From positions 38,068,001-38,132,000 of the forward strand of contig OZ286466.1 of NCBI GenBank assembly GCA_965644265.1: a DNA stretch of 64,000 bases, in the 5' to 3' direction. Both the position numbers and the translations under genes were made by a program. Positions 49,267 through 63,565 of the stretch are shown piece by piece. Source of the DNA: Glycera tridactyla. Its lineage: Eukaryota. How positions within the stretch are numbered: the first letter of the stretch is position 1; each line of letters opens with the position of its first letter. A model generated the notes under the pieces. The model was not told the origin of the DNA. It made no database searches and worked only from the letters and a program-made list of their open reading frames with translations.

Positions 49267-52200
49267 TACATGGATGTACATCCTCTCACTGAATAATGCA
49301 TTTGGCCTATGTATACTATCATGTTGCATACTGGCAAAATCCTAGAGTTTATAATCACACAATTATGGGTACTTTGAAATCATGAGGGGAATTTCTGTGG
49401 GTGATAATCAGCTGAAAATTATTCAGAAATGGTTGAAGTTCTCTTCCATAAATATGAACTGAATGAATTTGAATGATACCACTAATAATAATTCATGAAA
49501 AAAAATGAAATGAGAATAGAATTCATGCCAAACTGAATGAATGGGAGTATTCTATATGAAAATAAATACACAACATTGAAAGAAGGCAACAAACAAATTC
49601 CAAGTAAAGCAATGGCAAGCCACTAACACATGCAAATATGGATGATGGTGGGGGGATAAAAGCAGTTTGATGCATGGCTATTTTCAATGAATGAATACAC
49701 AAAAACGGCATTGAAAATGAACAGATGTTTATTAATGAATTCTAACATTTATATACACATAATGAAACAGGATAAATGTGTGCCTACATCCATGAATGTG
49801 CTTATTGACAACTAGTGTATACAGTGAATATACATCTACCAATCTATACTGCATATCCAGAGTTTCTCACTATTTCTGGAGACGCTACGATAGAATATAG
49901 TATGATATAGTGTTAAGCATGATCGCTGGATGGGCTGAATCCATGTCATAAAATATGAATGTCCTGCCCTGTCCTAGTACCCCATGATTAAGTGGATGCC
50001 ATGAAAAGGCTCGAACAACCGCAATACATCAAAATACACATTTGTTTTGTTTTTGTCCATTTTTTGAGCAAATGATAGCACCAGAACCTTGAAAGAAGGC
50101 AGAAAATTCACCAAATGTGCAATGCCCACTATTTCCCACATTTTTGTAGATGGATCGATACAGTACCCTATGCCTAATGGCACATGGAATATGAAGACCT
50201 AGATAAAGTCATGTATTATATGTGTGGAAGGGGATACACAATTTAACAAGATTACAAGATACAAGTTCGAGTGGATTGGAGTGCATGGTGTTGAATACAG
50301 AATGAAGTGAAGTCACACATAGAAATCTCATTTGGGCATCGGGAATATCAATCTTGTTCCATAACCGGAAATTCTTGATTATAATAGGATTGAAAATTGA
50401 ATCATCAGAGGATGACTCCCTTCGGTGATCAAACTTTTACTCACGGTCAACGAGATATAATATAAGCACAAGAGACTGCCCTAAATGTCATCAAAATGTG
50501 GTCTCTCAAAGAGGTGGTCTCTCATTTAAGGTATATTTGACTATCTCAAAAAGCAAAGCTGCCCTGGACAAGCAGATTCCCATCAGAGGTAATGAAATCT
50601 TGAATAAGCTTCAATATCATGCCAAGAAAATTGGACATATACAGCAATGAGTTAATGATGATTAATTTTGTAACTCATTAACTTTTTCATGTGTTAAATG
50701 ACATGATTTACTGATTATATGCATTCATAACGTCCAATCAACAAGAGGCCTCGGGCAGGGTCCCAGTCCAATTTGTTCTTCATCAGCAAATCAATTTCAC
50801 AACCTCATGCAATGTTACATTGTGCAATAGGTGTCTATCATGAAATCCCGTCATTTCACCAATGACAGAGTCGCCAGAGATGTCAATGGAACCTGTCATT
50901 AAGTTTCATTCTGAATCGATTTTGACCACTGATGAGAGAATAAAAATGTACACACCAAATTGGAGTCAGTACATTTATGCAGAACTTCACAGCTCACTGT
51001 GATTGGACTACCGACATTGATATTCAAGCAAAATCTGTTTGCGAATTCGGTCAAAATTGTGGTTTTTATCTTCAGCTGAGACCTATAGCCCAATTTGAAT
51101 TTTGTTGAACCAATTTATTTTCCAATGGGTAATTGTGATAACCAGATATCTGGAGTTATGGGGAGAATTTCCAGATTGCATTAAACTAATTACATCCAAG
51201 CTGAAGGACAGAATTTCAGGGAATTCATGCTGCTTGCTCATTATTAGAAGATTTACTGGTAGTATGAATACTCACAATTTACTAGAGAAGTGAAGAGCTT
51301 GTCACAAATTTCACTGTATCACAATAGCCTGCTATGAATTAGTGATACACAGTTGGAATATTTTTGGCATGGCTTGTATTAAGCAAGAGCCCATTGAAGT
51401 TTTCACAATAATTCATCTGTACTAAGCATTGACTTACATTGAGTGTACAGTTTAGAAACTTCTTTCAGACTCATGCTGATGACACGTTTGACGGTATTTG
51501 TTACAGAGACATGAGCATAACTGGGCAAGAAAATCATACAGCTGTGATCATATAATACCAGCAAATTGTGCAGGGTGCTAAGAAACATGGTGTTAACCAG
51601 GGAATAAGTGGTACAGTACATCTGTGGAGGACGGCTATAATTGACAGTGAATGTTATGGGGTAAATGCGAACAGACTGGTAACGAGGAAATCAGGAGGAA
51701 ATGAGGCCCCCTGGCTGATGATAGACACTGACAGTCCCACCTGTTCAAATACATGTATGTTGATTTCATCCGATAATTATGATGCTTTTCAACAAATTAT
51801 CTCCCACTGATGTACTAAAGAAATGACAAATTACAAACTCAAAAATCAACCGGTCTTATGAAAATTATGAGGTCACATATTTTTAAATCATGAATTAGAC
51901 TAAGAAGAATATAGATTATACATCATGTACCTTCCAAAGTTGTACAAATGGAATGCTTGAAACTAAAAGATAGAGGATTTTCCTTGACAACCATTGAGTT
52001 TTGCTTACAAATTCCATCATGTCCTATTTTTCGGACTTGAGTAATTTCATGTTGCACTCAATTTCAACATGTCAATAACAGCTTTGACATGCACTCAAGG
52101 AATCATGTAACTCTTCTATTTGCTTCATTCCTGAAAATCATTCTCTGTGTGATTGTGAAACTTACGATCACGTTCTATCTGAAGTTGCTTCATAGTGATT

Positions 52201-55200
52201 TCATAACAAGAATACAAGTAATGAAATAACTATCTGAAACTGGCAGGGAGGTCTCCTGAAGATGGAGGCTGAGTGAAATTCTGACAGAGAGGAACATGTC
52301 AATCCATCTCTGAAAGAAGTATGTGGTATTATCACACTATGGCCATAGGATTTCGATTCATCCAGTCAGTATTTACTAGCGCATGTTTCATATGCTCACA
52401 TGGCATGAAAGAATGACTAAGACCACATTGGTTTAGAAATAACACAATACAATTGCCCAAGCGATATCCTACTTGAGATTCAGGAAGTGGGCTAACTGGG
52501 AATCCAATTTTCGATGTGATAGGATGATCAACAGAAATAGTATCTACTACGCTCAATAATAGAACTGATCAATCAGAGCCCGGGTGGTACCTGAGTCAAA
52601 TCACTCATTGAGGCTTCAATTTGAACTAGTGAGGACTGCTAATGTAATCCTGTAAGAGGACATAAGCTCTGGAAAAATTACCGAAATGTCTCAACTTGTG
52701 CTGCAGCAAGGAATATATACGAAGTAAGTATTTTATCCTTCATAAATATACCTAGTACCAACTTATACATCCAAAGGTATTAATCATATCAATTTTGATT
52801 ACTTTTGATATTTTTAGATTGAATTCTCAATTTCCCATGAAGATGAAGATAAGCGGATAGGTATCTACATCTTTTGTACGTCATCATCTTTGATTTCTTC
52901 TTGTGAGTATTTTGTGGGGTTTGAATTAAATTAAACGGATAAGTTTTCATTCATGCATTTACACACATTTCTAGCATACATTCATGGTTGGCTGGAATAT
53001 TTCCCAACATTCATAAAGAAAATTAGATTCTTTTTTTTGCATCATGCAGTACATAAAGATTACAGTGAATATTGATGATTTCAGGATAAAATCATGATGC
53101 CGCTTCTAGTGGTTCCAGCATGAGGATTTCCAAGACCAGCAGGCAAAAGAAAATCCTGATACTGAAAGCACACCAAAGGTAAATTTCATATTCACCCAAA
53201 ACCATCTTGTGATTTTTATGCCTCAAATGTGTCGAGTGCAACATTTAAGAAATTATGTGCATACTTCTGATTTCATTATATATTTTCTGAGAATACAAAA
53301 TGTTATCCAACTCAAAATACAAATTTGATCTACACATTTGAGGCATAACTTATAATTTAATAGAACATGTGCCATGGAAATACATGAGATGAACATTTTT
53401 CATGAATATTTCTCGATCCAAGTCATCCAAACACCCATGAAAATCCCGATAAAAATCATGTAAAATAAATTTATATGGTAAATACTGTTCAAAATATTTC
53501 TACCTCAAACTCCCATCAAATCAAAATATACTACAAACTTCACATGCAAATAAAAATACACAAAAAAATACATGGCATCAAAAGTACCAGCCAGTGACTT
53601 CAACATGAAATCGGTTCTAATGAATCTTCATTGTGAATACAGAATGTTGGTACCGGAAATGGATGCCCCTATATTATCCAACCCCAGATTGAGGAAACCA
53701 ACTCGAACTAATTTGCCAAACTTCCATAAGTTCACAATCGAGTCTGGCAATGGTGAGCGAACTGATTTGATAAAATATGGCATTATTCAATGCAAAGATC
53801 CTCTTCTCAAAGAACACACATTGGGAAGACGATGGTGTCACAAGATTGACAAACTCTCAACTCCTGGCCTGTCAACCCAGTACATTTAACATTGAGACAG
53901 CCTGGTACAGGCTCAAATGAATGTGAATCAAACCTATACTGACCAGGAGGTCCCGAGTTTTGTGAAAATACTATATCATCTAATGAATCAATCCACAGAA
54001 TGGAAATAGATGTTAGCTCAACATTCACCCAATTCATGGTTCCAAATTTATCTTAGCCACATTCATTATAGTGCGACCTCACAAAAACAAGACATGAGAA
54101 CCAAGAAAGTGTCAAATTATGGTGGTTCAGCCATGCTTGATTTCACGAAACCTGGTTACAGTCAGACATACATCTCATCCAGCCCGCGGATCAGTCAGCC
54201 AACTAGCGAGGCAGCTAGCCGGTCTGACTTTGGCATGATATTTCCATAAAGACAGCGCTCTAATGGATCCTTCATGCACAACCTGTATACCACATTCATA
54301 CCAGGCAAAATATTTTACCGAGAAATGCTCTCCATATCTCATTTTTCTCCAGATGTAATGCTCATTCACAGGCACTTTGTGTGTGTTTGCGCGCACAAGC
54401 ATTTGCATACATGCACAGTCTCTTTGGAATGATGACTTATGGTCCACAAGGACAGCAAGAGAGGTTTACAGAAATATATAAATATATAATGTGCTATGAA
54501 GACAGAGGGTAGCTAACTCTCAAATCTCAACCACAAAGGTGACTTGATGCCATTCAAGAGTTGATGAAGCCAATGAGCAAATTTCAAGAGAAACATCTCA
54601 AGAACTAAGGCATACCAATGAGCATCAATAGAAACAGATTCTTAATTTGGAATGATTACCACAGAGTAAAAACGACCTCAAGACAGGATAGCAACAAAAG
54701 CTAGGTTATAAACCGCCATGGATACAGATAGGATATCTAAAATGGCGCGTGAATATATTTTCTGCAAGGCTTACTATTAGAGATTGTACACAGAATGATG
54801 GATACTAAAGATGGATGCTCATACCAGTGCTTTCTATAATGATGGAGGATATGATGGATAAGAAACAGTCCAATGAAGTCACAAGCAGTTTTACATAGTT
54901 GCATGTGGAAGCAAGGTTTTACAGAGAATACAGGTGGCATATTAGCAGAGTTCGAGAAAAACTCCTGTGGGATGTTTTTGCTTCAACATTGGCAATTGAT
55001 ATTGAATTGAATGAATTCATGCAAAAGCGTTGCCAATGGCAGCAGCAACGGCAAGAAACATGATCTTGAGGAAGCACACATGCTTTTTTTTAAACTGTAT
55101 ACAGTACATGTGATGGGGGACCACATCAGCATGGTTTCACTCACTATTCCTGACCGATTAGCCATTAATAAAATGAGAGTGATTACTAATTGAAAGCATG

Positions 55201-55232
55201 AGGACCTGATGACACTGGGTCTTAAATTGGTA

Positions 55233-55403
55233 CAGAGAAACCTCTTTTGAGAGACCCCACTTCTGGGAGACCACCCTTTTCTCAGAGACTACTTTTCATT
55301 GGTTCTCTTCATCTTGGCATAGTCATATCTTCGATGACAGATCACCCCTCTTGAGACTGGTTGTGGTCGGCATTTGGGCCAGTCTCCTAAGAGAGGATTA
55401 TTG
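55233..55403. mobile_element. Degenerate TA-flanked MITE
   Basis: TA|CAGAGAAACCTCTT..AAGAGAGGATTATTG|TA; gagacc repeats. Confidence 0.5.
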
Positions 55404-57564
55404 TATATATGTGCCAGTCTTATCATCACACGTTTCATCTGGCAGGGAATAATGATGAATATGCCAGGTTTCAATCAGACAGACTGAGCGATGCTGCCAA
55501 TTTGCCTCTAAGTAATGAAGTCAAGATACAAGGCCTGGCGAGAAGGCCACAAGCTCAGTCTGTTGTTACCATCTCTATGCAGGCTCCATCTTTTACATAC
55601 AATCTCAACTGTGATCATATGAAAAACCAAGATTATACAGGACTCGCCATTCCTAGCTTCCCAATGTGGCAACTTGAATTGGGTTGGTCGCATCATCTTC
55701 ATCTATCATCTATAGTAATCGGTAGATCAGTGAGAGAAAGTTCTGATGAGAAATTCTGTGGTGAGGTGATGCTTGGAGTGCAGTATGTTTGGATTTTGCA
55801 CAGGGCGTATTTGCCAAGATATATGTGGTATACAAGGTCAGGCATGGGGAATAGCAGAAGTGCATGTCTTTGGTTCATGACAAAATATGTTTTGGCGTGT
55901 ACATAACAAAGCTGCACATTCAACAACCATTTCAAAGCATATTATTCACAACATCATAGGACAACTACCAATAACTATGGACACTTTATATGCAAACAAG
56001 ACAGACTCGCTGCTCAGCTAGTAATAGTGCATGCCTCATAGCAAAACGAATCTTCACTCAACTACAAAACAAATGTGTAAAGAAAATCTAAATTCCAAAA
56101 TAACCAGTTCATAAACCACCTGCTCGGTAAACTCAGGCACCAATTTTGTGTATGTTGAATTTTGAACACATATAAAGATGAGCCATAGTTACAAGCAGTT
56201 TTACAAAATTGACTTGAGTACTCTCAATTCCGGTTGAATGTAGGAGTCTGATGGTTCATCCAATGAGATTGAGTGTTCAGAAAGAAAGCTTGTAAGCAGT
56301 GCACTGATTGGTAGGTTCGACTGGTTGGAGTCTTGCTATTGGCTAAGTGTTGCAGACATGCATGTAAATGTTGCTCGCTATGGTTCACCATTTCTGGAAA
56401 GTGAAAATAAAACACACAATGTCCATAAAATAAAGTACAGTAGCTGTTCTCAAAAATAACTTTATCTGTGCACCGAAAAAATAAACTGGAATGTGCTACA
56501 CATGAAAAGCAAATAGCTGTGACAACATCAAAAACCTCTACTCCCTAGAAATGAGATACTTCAATGACCATCTTCTTAGCTACTTTAATGCATATATAAT
56601 CTATCCATAATCTTCAACAAACTGCAATAATTCAACTTCAAGGTGTTACTATTTGGTACCAGACTGAAAATATCACACCCTAAATCATCGATACATTCTG
56701 AGGGGGAGTTTGCAAAAACTAAAGCAATGATCGGTGAGTGTGTATGTGCAGAAAAATTGGGGTCAAAGGTTATCTAAGTGCCATGACATTCAGCCTGGAT
56801 GAATGGGAAGTTCACAATGAAAAAATGATGAGATGAAAAATCAGAGGATGACTAAGATGATGCAATCTTCGATGAAGACGCAAAGCGACGGCCATGATGA
56901 GAGGTTTAATGCATAGTTTAATGGATAGTCATGAATATTCCAGCCAAAATGTTATGAATGAATCATATGTATCAATAACAAACATGGGATGTTGATATGA
57001 TTCATGTCATCATTTGAAATGGATACTCTTGCAGGTGCCGCCCGCCAGTGGCGTCACATTCGGATTTCACCTAGCTGTGCAGAAATGACATACGTCAAGT
57101 GACCCCCCCCCCCCCCCCCCCCCCCCGTCTAAAGTTGTAATGAATACTTGAACTCAAATGGGCCCCCTTCTCACTACAGTGAAGATGATGACCGAAGGAC
57201 CCATAAATAGCAACCAAAAATGGTCTCATGGTACATATGATCTCCCAACAGAAATATAATTAAAGATGTGGTAATCCCGATAGATAATCTCTCAAAACAT
57301 TTGGTCTCTCTTTTAGGATGATTTCTTCCACCATATTGTAATTGATTAGTGACAGTTAATGACTGTCATACTGGTGAGCAAGTAATAGGTCTGAGCATAA
57401 TCAGGGGTTATTATCCCATACTGTTTAATTGTGAGGTGGCACCAGGACCCATCATTATGGATCAAACTGTTTCATTTGACTGTTTGTTGTATTTCATCAT
57501 GTTCATGAATCATGGATGGAATACTGCAAATCAGTGAGGTATGAAGGCAAGAACAGCTTTGATG

Positions 57565-57738
57565 CAGTCGAACTTGTCCTAAGCATGAATCCAATGGAAG
57601 TGACAAAAACTATGAGTCTAGGGCAAGTTCATGCTTAGGACAGGTCAATTATGGTGAGAAATGTTCTGGCAGGACAAACAAAAACCTGCTGCTTAGCACA
57701 AGTTCATGCTTAGTACAAGTGCTGCTTAAGTTTGATTG
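57565..57738. mobile_element. MITE of the TA-flanked superfamily
   Basis: CAGTCGAACTTGTCCTAAGCA..TGCTTAAGTTTGATTG|TA; internal agttcatgcttag repeats. Confidence 0.65.
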
Positions 57739-60700
57739 TATCCCTTTGGTAATTACAAAGAGCCAAATCTGAGCAAACATGGCGTTTGACCCATATGCAT
57801 AGATTCAAACAAACCCTGACTTTTCAAGGTGAAATCTTCGGATTGATTTGAGCAGGAGATTGTTCTACATGTTGGATTGATGATATTTTGAATAGGCTGA
57901 TGTGAGGCTATATAGGGAACGTTTCCAAAGAAGACCAGATTATTTCAATAGGAGTTTGACTCATTTAGCCTGTTCTTCATAATATCTCCGCTACAGTATT
58001 TCATGGTATGATGAGAATATGATAAATAAGATCGATGAATATCACTGTCTAATACTTTTGACCGCCAAATTTGACTGGTCCCATTAATGTGTGTTGGTCG
58101 GGCTGGTGATTGCAATGCAGTATATTTACACTGCTATATTGTGTACCAGCAACTCTACATGACCCAATACTGTCTATTTTTCGGTCGAGTGCGGTTGGGT
58201 TATAAACATTGGCAACCATAGCATATCCCGAATGGCTCCATCAGAAGCCTGGATGGATACCAGGCTGCATATAAAAACTGACAGCTGAGGAAATTAGTTG
58301 TGCTAAGGGGATTGTTCCATTAAATATGTATAGAATGATATTGGAAAAATCTCAGCTCGTTATCCAGCCCCGTAATAAGCTTTTCACCTTGGATGCCATC
58401 CCTCTCACTGACTGATCCTTATACATATATCAAGAGATACATGCAATGCATCAAGAAAATTATGCACGCAGCTGCTTTGAATAGGTCAATATACATTATG
58501 TATAACACTAATGGTGTCAAAACAAAATTCCGTCTTATGTTATTGAATTCAAATCGAATTATTTCATCAATCAAATACCTTCAAGGGTCCCATTTTATCT
58601 ATAAAATGTAGAATCCAACTGAACTATAAAATGGACAGAAAAAGGGGCCTAACTCTCCAGGGGCCTTGATCCTAGTTTGGGTGGGTACATGACGTGGTAC
58701 GTCAGAAGGGGTTTTTATTTTTATAATTGATGATAAATCGAGCGAAGCCGTCTGACAATCAATTGCAATCCATTCTAGCTTGTAAGCCATGATGACAGAC
58801 ATTTTGAAGCCGAATGTACAATTGGTGATAGATGAACATCCTTCCATCTACATATATGACTGCATGGAGACAGATACGGATTTGAATCCGTATTTCAGGA
58901 CTTCTTAGGTGCAATGTGTTGATGGGACTGTATTGTGACTTCATATGTTGTTTATGAGTCATCAGTCTTCAAATCTTGCCACTCTCCAGAATCCCAAGGC
59001 GAGGGAATCTGATTTTGGGAGAGCAGGAAGGCCAGACTCACTTTCCTGTTGGGGGAACATAATTTTTTCAAATGATGAGAGAGTGGTGATGAAGCTGTGA
59101 AGACAGAATGCCACGACTCCACCAACAATAAATCCTATATCTATGAGTTGGCTTAAATATGCCTACACAGGTATGATTCTGAAGAAATATCAACAAAATC
59201 TAGATTGGCATTTATTCACACAAATATCTCAGCCATGAGAGAGTTTTCCAGTTTGTTTACCTTTTATGACATACACAAATTTGGGAGAGCGATATAATTT
59301 TTGGGAGACTGATTCGTCCAATCTGCTTTCATGAAGGGTGTGGCTGCCATTTTTTGGGAGCTGTGGTTTGGTTTTCTATCACCAGGTGTCAGTATCTCAA
59401 ACCACCAACCATGAATAGGTTGGGCCTCTCCTTTAGTGTCTACATCTCAATTTTCAAAGCATATGCCTTCTGATAGATGAACGAGGGCCAAGTATTCATT
59501 CATATGCAACTGAAGACAATATTTCTCTTCAGTTTAGAATGAGAATATTCACAATTTCATTATGACAACTCTGTGCTCCTTCAAAATATGCATATTGCAT
59601 GCAGGACCTCAACAAATTCTATCCCATGGGATTTAGTTAGACAAATTAGTACAGACAGATATGGGACCTTTCAGTCTGAAATATGCCATACACGTGAAGC
59701 TGATTTGGAAAAATTGTGTATTTCAAAATCAAACTTTCATCCAGGCTGTAAGTTTCATACTGGCACTACAGGGAAAAGAAATGACAGGAATGAATGATGG
59801 ATGATTGTGAGAAGGAATGGCAACAAGATGAGGGGAAACATGGTGGATATGTATTCTCATGTGAGTAAAATACAATGCATCCTCGTTGAGCAAGCAACAG
59901 GCTTAATTCTGTGAACAAATTCTTCCAGCAGATTAGTGAATCATCAGTATCAGTTCTCGATTCACAACTGTAGTAAATTTCAGGGGCAGCCATATTCCAA
60001 AATCGATGGATAAGGAGGTGGACAGACATCACAGATTCATGAATATGATGATGTCGTGATTTAAAGTCTGACGTCATTGACAAGGGCACCTGACTTTACA
60101 GTCACGTTCCTGATGAGGCCTATTGCAGCTCAGGTCTGACCCCTGTTTTTCACGATTTTTTTCTTCAAGAACGTGAGCAGGGCATAATTTACGGAGTGAA
60201 AAATGTGCTCCATCAAATTTACAGCCGATATACAAGTGATAGACAGGCCTGGATACCATAAAAACCCAAAGTTGCACTCAATTGCTGCCGTGACTTGGCG
60301 TTTGTGACATCAAACAGTGTCAGCGCATGACTTCAAATCATGCACAAATATAACCAGTGTCAGGAACTTGAAAAGCATAAGGAATCATGATCACGTCATC
60401 AATGGAAGAAGGTTGTATCCATAGCAACAATGGATTCTCTCCATGTCAATGTACGTTTCGTGTTTCTCAATATATTTTCGTTTGAGAAATCTGTTATCAC
60501 GAAAAACAAGTGGAATGACTGTAGTATATATCAACAACTGGGTGAAGTGAGTGGCTTCTTGCATCAGGAGTGCTGATTTATGATATACAGTATGTAGAAG
60601 AGTGCCGGTCTAGTATTGACTAACTGACCTAGTCAATTTTAGTCACTGATCATTGTAAAAATTGGGTGATCACTCGTCTCAATCGTATCATAGACCAGAT

Positions 60701-61635
60701 GACAAGCACTTCTTCTTTCAACATTCACAGATTGGCAAACATTCACAGTCTGAGTTATTTGGAAAATGGCTGCCATTGGTAGCTGAAATACCAAACTTGT
60801 CCAGGAATTTACACCAGTTGTGAAATTCAAAATTGACATTAATGTGCAACACTGCCCTGTGCAACACTGCCGACTATATTGCAATCACTCTCCCTCATAA
60901 AGAGAGTGCATTTTCAACTCCATTCTCCCGAGAGGCAGGTTTTAATTTACATTTGAAAGATCCAAAATATGCATGAAATTGTGAGGGATCAGATCAGTCA
61001 AACATCACCCTAATTTTGTAGCATTGAAACCTCAATATGGAGAAAGGAATTGTAATTTCACTCTCCCTACAAAAGATATGTGGTAAGATGTGTTCAAGAG
61101 ATGTGATATGAAGTCTATCAAAACGAACAAGCACAACAATGCAACAGTGGATCAAGATGATCATATGACAGAAACACATCTAGTTTAAGCAGTCAAGGGT
61201 TATACACACTTAAGAACTTCTACAAGATACCCAATCACACAGCCCTGTCAAGTGAGGTGAATCTGATGTCAAATTATAGATGGTCATACAATCAAAGGTT
61301 ATAAAAACCCTGCTTTTTCCAAAGTAGGGTATAAAAGGTAGACTTTGGTATCTGATTTCACTAAATTCGAAAAGATGAATCATTACCAAAGTGATAATCC
61401 ATGGATAAATACCAAAGTTTGGACATTCAATATATTTGCAATGTGGTCACTGATCAGAGCTGAATTACAGTGAAAATTCATATCTTGTTTTGAAAACTGG
61501 ATGGTAATACAGAGTGGTCACTCATGAAAGGTACAATACTGGTCCAGATATAGAGATAAAACCTTTGGTGTTATGCCTTAGTTCCACACCTTATAGACCA
61601 TTCTGAGAAATAACTGTATTGTATGACCAAATATA

Positions 61636-61702
61636 ATGGTTAGTAATATATCATTTGTTAGACAGACCATGGTTAGTAATATATTATTTGTTAGACAGAC
61701 TA
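61636..61702 (+). repeat. 33-bp tandem duplication
   Basis: atggttagtaatatat(c/t)atttgttagacagac twice. Confidence 0.85.
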
Positions 61703-62324
61703 TGATCTACTCTCTACAGATTGGTCGCCAGTGATTACCAAGCCTGGAATTGGTTGGACTGTACACTTTTGGAGAGGGTGCGTTCTAATTTCATTGCATT
61801 TTTACAGTAAATCAGTCAGCATTATTGGCGAAGCTTTGTATGTGAAACAGTGGCGATACAGCCGTCGCACTCGTCGTGAAAACAGCGTTAAATTGAAATA
61901 TGTGGTACTCTACTGTAATCAATAGAAGGGGAATTCAACGAGAGTACATCTAGAGTTGCTAGAGATGTAAAAAAAATGGTTGTCAATGACTTTCATCTCA
62001 ATTTGATGCAAATTCGCGATGCTAGAGCGTAAATCGTACCCGTCACAATTGGACTTGACAGACGTTAGTAGTGTCAACAAACTACAGGAATGTGCAAGGG
62101 GTGGGTGAGAGGCAAGAATGACCAGTCAATCAACATCAAAATCATCAGCCATCTTTGGCAAAGAAAAAAGTATGTCTGTTGAATAACTGGCGGACATGAC
62201 AAAGGTCACTTGTTGGCATATTGTATACAGGATCCCTGTCCTATTTTCTCTGTTATAATATTTGTCATTTTTGATGGAGTAATCAGTAATTGATTTAACC
62301 ATCCTCATATGTGCATAGTGTATA

Positions 62325-62486
62325 CAGTCTTGTCTCTCTTAAACATGCACTGTATGAGGCAGCAACCTGCATCAAACAGCTACTTTTGAATTTCCCACTG
62401 CAGGGATTTTCCCAATAATTTCCCTGTTCTGAGCAGTCACCTGTCCCAAGCAGCCACCTCCCTTACTGCCTTAAGTGATTTGACTA
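62325..62486. mobile_element. Degenerate TA-flanked MITE
   Basis: TA|CAGTC..ttaa..ttaagtgatttgact; gcagtcacctg/gcagccacct internal repeats. Confidence 0.4.
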
Positions 62487-63479
62487 TATGTTGCCTGTTG
62501 TCCATGCCTGTCCCAAAGAATGTATGGTTTTCAAAAATGGTGATAATCGCGGGGAAATGTGAAAGAAATTTAAGTCCATCTTCTCACATAGGCTATAAAC
62601 AAGAATCAGGTAGCATATGCAAGTAATAAGAAATAAAACATTATCTGAATAAAACAGGTCAAGATAAATCACTTAGAAGCCTCATTTCAAACAGGACAAA
62701 CATAGAAGTAAGAAACCATGCCAGTGAGAGGAACAAAGTATATCTCCTGAGCTCTTATTTTGCTTACGGTTTAGCTTATTTGCATGGGATTTGCCACAGA
62801 CTGAACACATTCTTTGCACCAGATGCTCCTGTTGTGAGCACTTGCACATGCCTGAATAAATGCCAGTTACCAATATGATCAAAAGGAAAAGCAGGATTTT
62901 TTTTACATGGTATGGGAATCATCTTAATCATCCAACCAATGATCCAGCGACTCGATCAAATGTTTTGACATGACAAACTGAAGTTAATGATCAACAAGAC
63001 GACAAGATAAAAAAGTAGAATAGACCTTGTATATTTCGAACTACTGCAGAAATCTTCATCAAGGAGTCAAAAATGATGAGACTGAACAGGTTTGTGAACT
63101 AAAATACCAGAAAATGCCCAAAACTATCAATGGGATTTCACCCTTCCCTAAAGGCATGCCCACAAGACGAATATCATCTCAAACAGAAGGCGGCAAATCT
63201 GGGATAGAAGCGTCATGGAGAACAGAGATCAGTGTTGCTGGTCAAAATACCAAAAATATGATCTCAAGATTCATGCTATGTTTCTGATGATGCATGTCAG
63301 GAAATTTTCTGTTTTCTGCAAAGCGTGTGAGACAAATATGGGACAGTCAATGATGATGTGTATTGAGCGATGCAGGCCCAATGATCAACATACACACTTT
63401 CTCATGCTGCTCTCATGCTATGTTTCTCAATACACCAATGAAATGCACAAATTACATTTTCAAAAATCATCCAATTTCT

Positions 63480-63565
63480 TGTGGATTTGAACCTGGGATC
63501 TCCGGCATGGCGCCAAGTGGCTAACCTGTGGAGGAGCAAGCTGACTTTTACACTGAGCTATGTGT
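63480..63565 (-). mobile_element. tRNA-derived SINE-like repeat (best-preserved copy)
   Basis: A-box-like TAGCTCAGTG and B-box-like GGTTCAAATCC on the minus strand; shared core cagcttgctc..gagatccc with the copies at 23.6-23.8 kb and 46.2-46.4 kb; no clean cloverleaf. Confidence 0.55.

Noticed and set aside
52640-52860. Two small plus-strand exon-like segments (..RNIYE | IEFSISHEDEDKRI)
   Set aside because: There is an in-frame stop upstream, no start or further exons, and no motif.
54983-55110. Hydrophobic peptides MCASSRSCFLPLLLPLATLL (signal-like) and FLKIMFLAVAAAIGNAFA* (GPI-like)
   Set aside because: The first has no usable donor before its stop, and the second needs a phase-0 acceptor with no upstream exon found.
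55409-55906. Longest N-free unassigned plus-strand ORF (165 aa)
   Set aside because: No recognisable motif or splice context, and it overlaps equally long minus-strand ORFs; consistent with chance.
63480-63565. Possible tRNA gene
   Set aside because: The A-B box spacing is too long, there is no acceptor stem or anticodon arm, and diverged copies exist elsewhere, so it fits a SINE.
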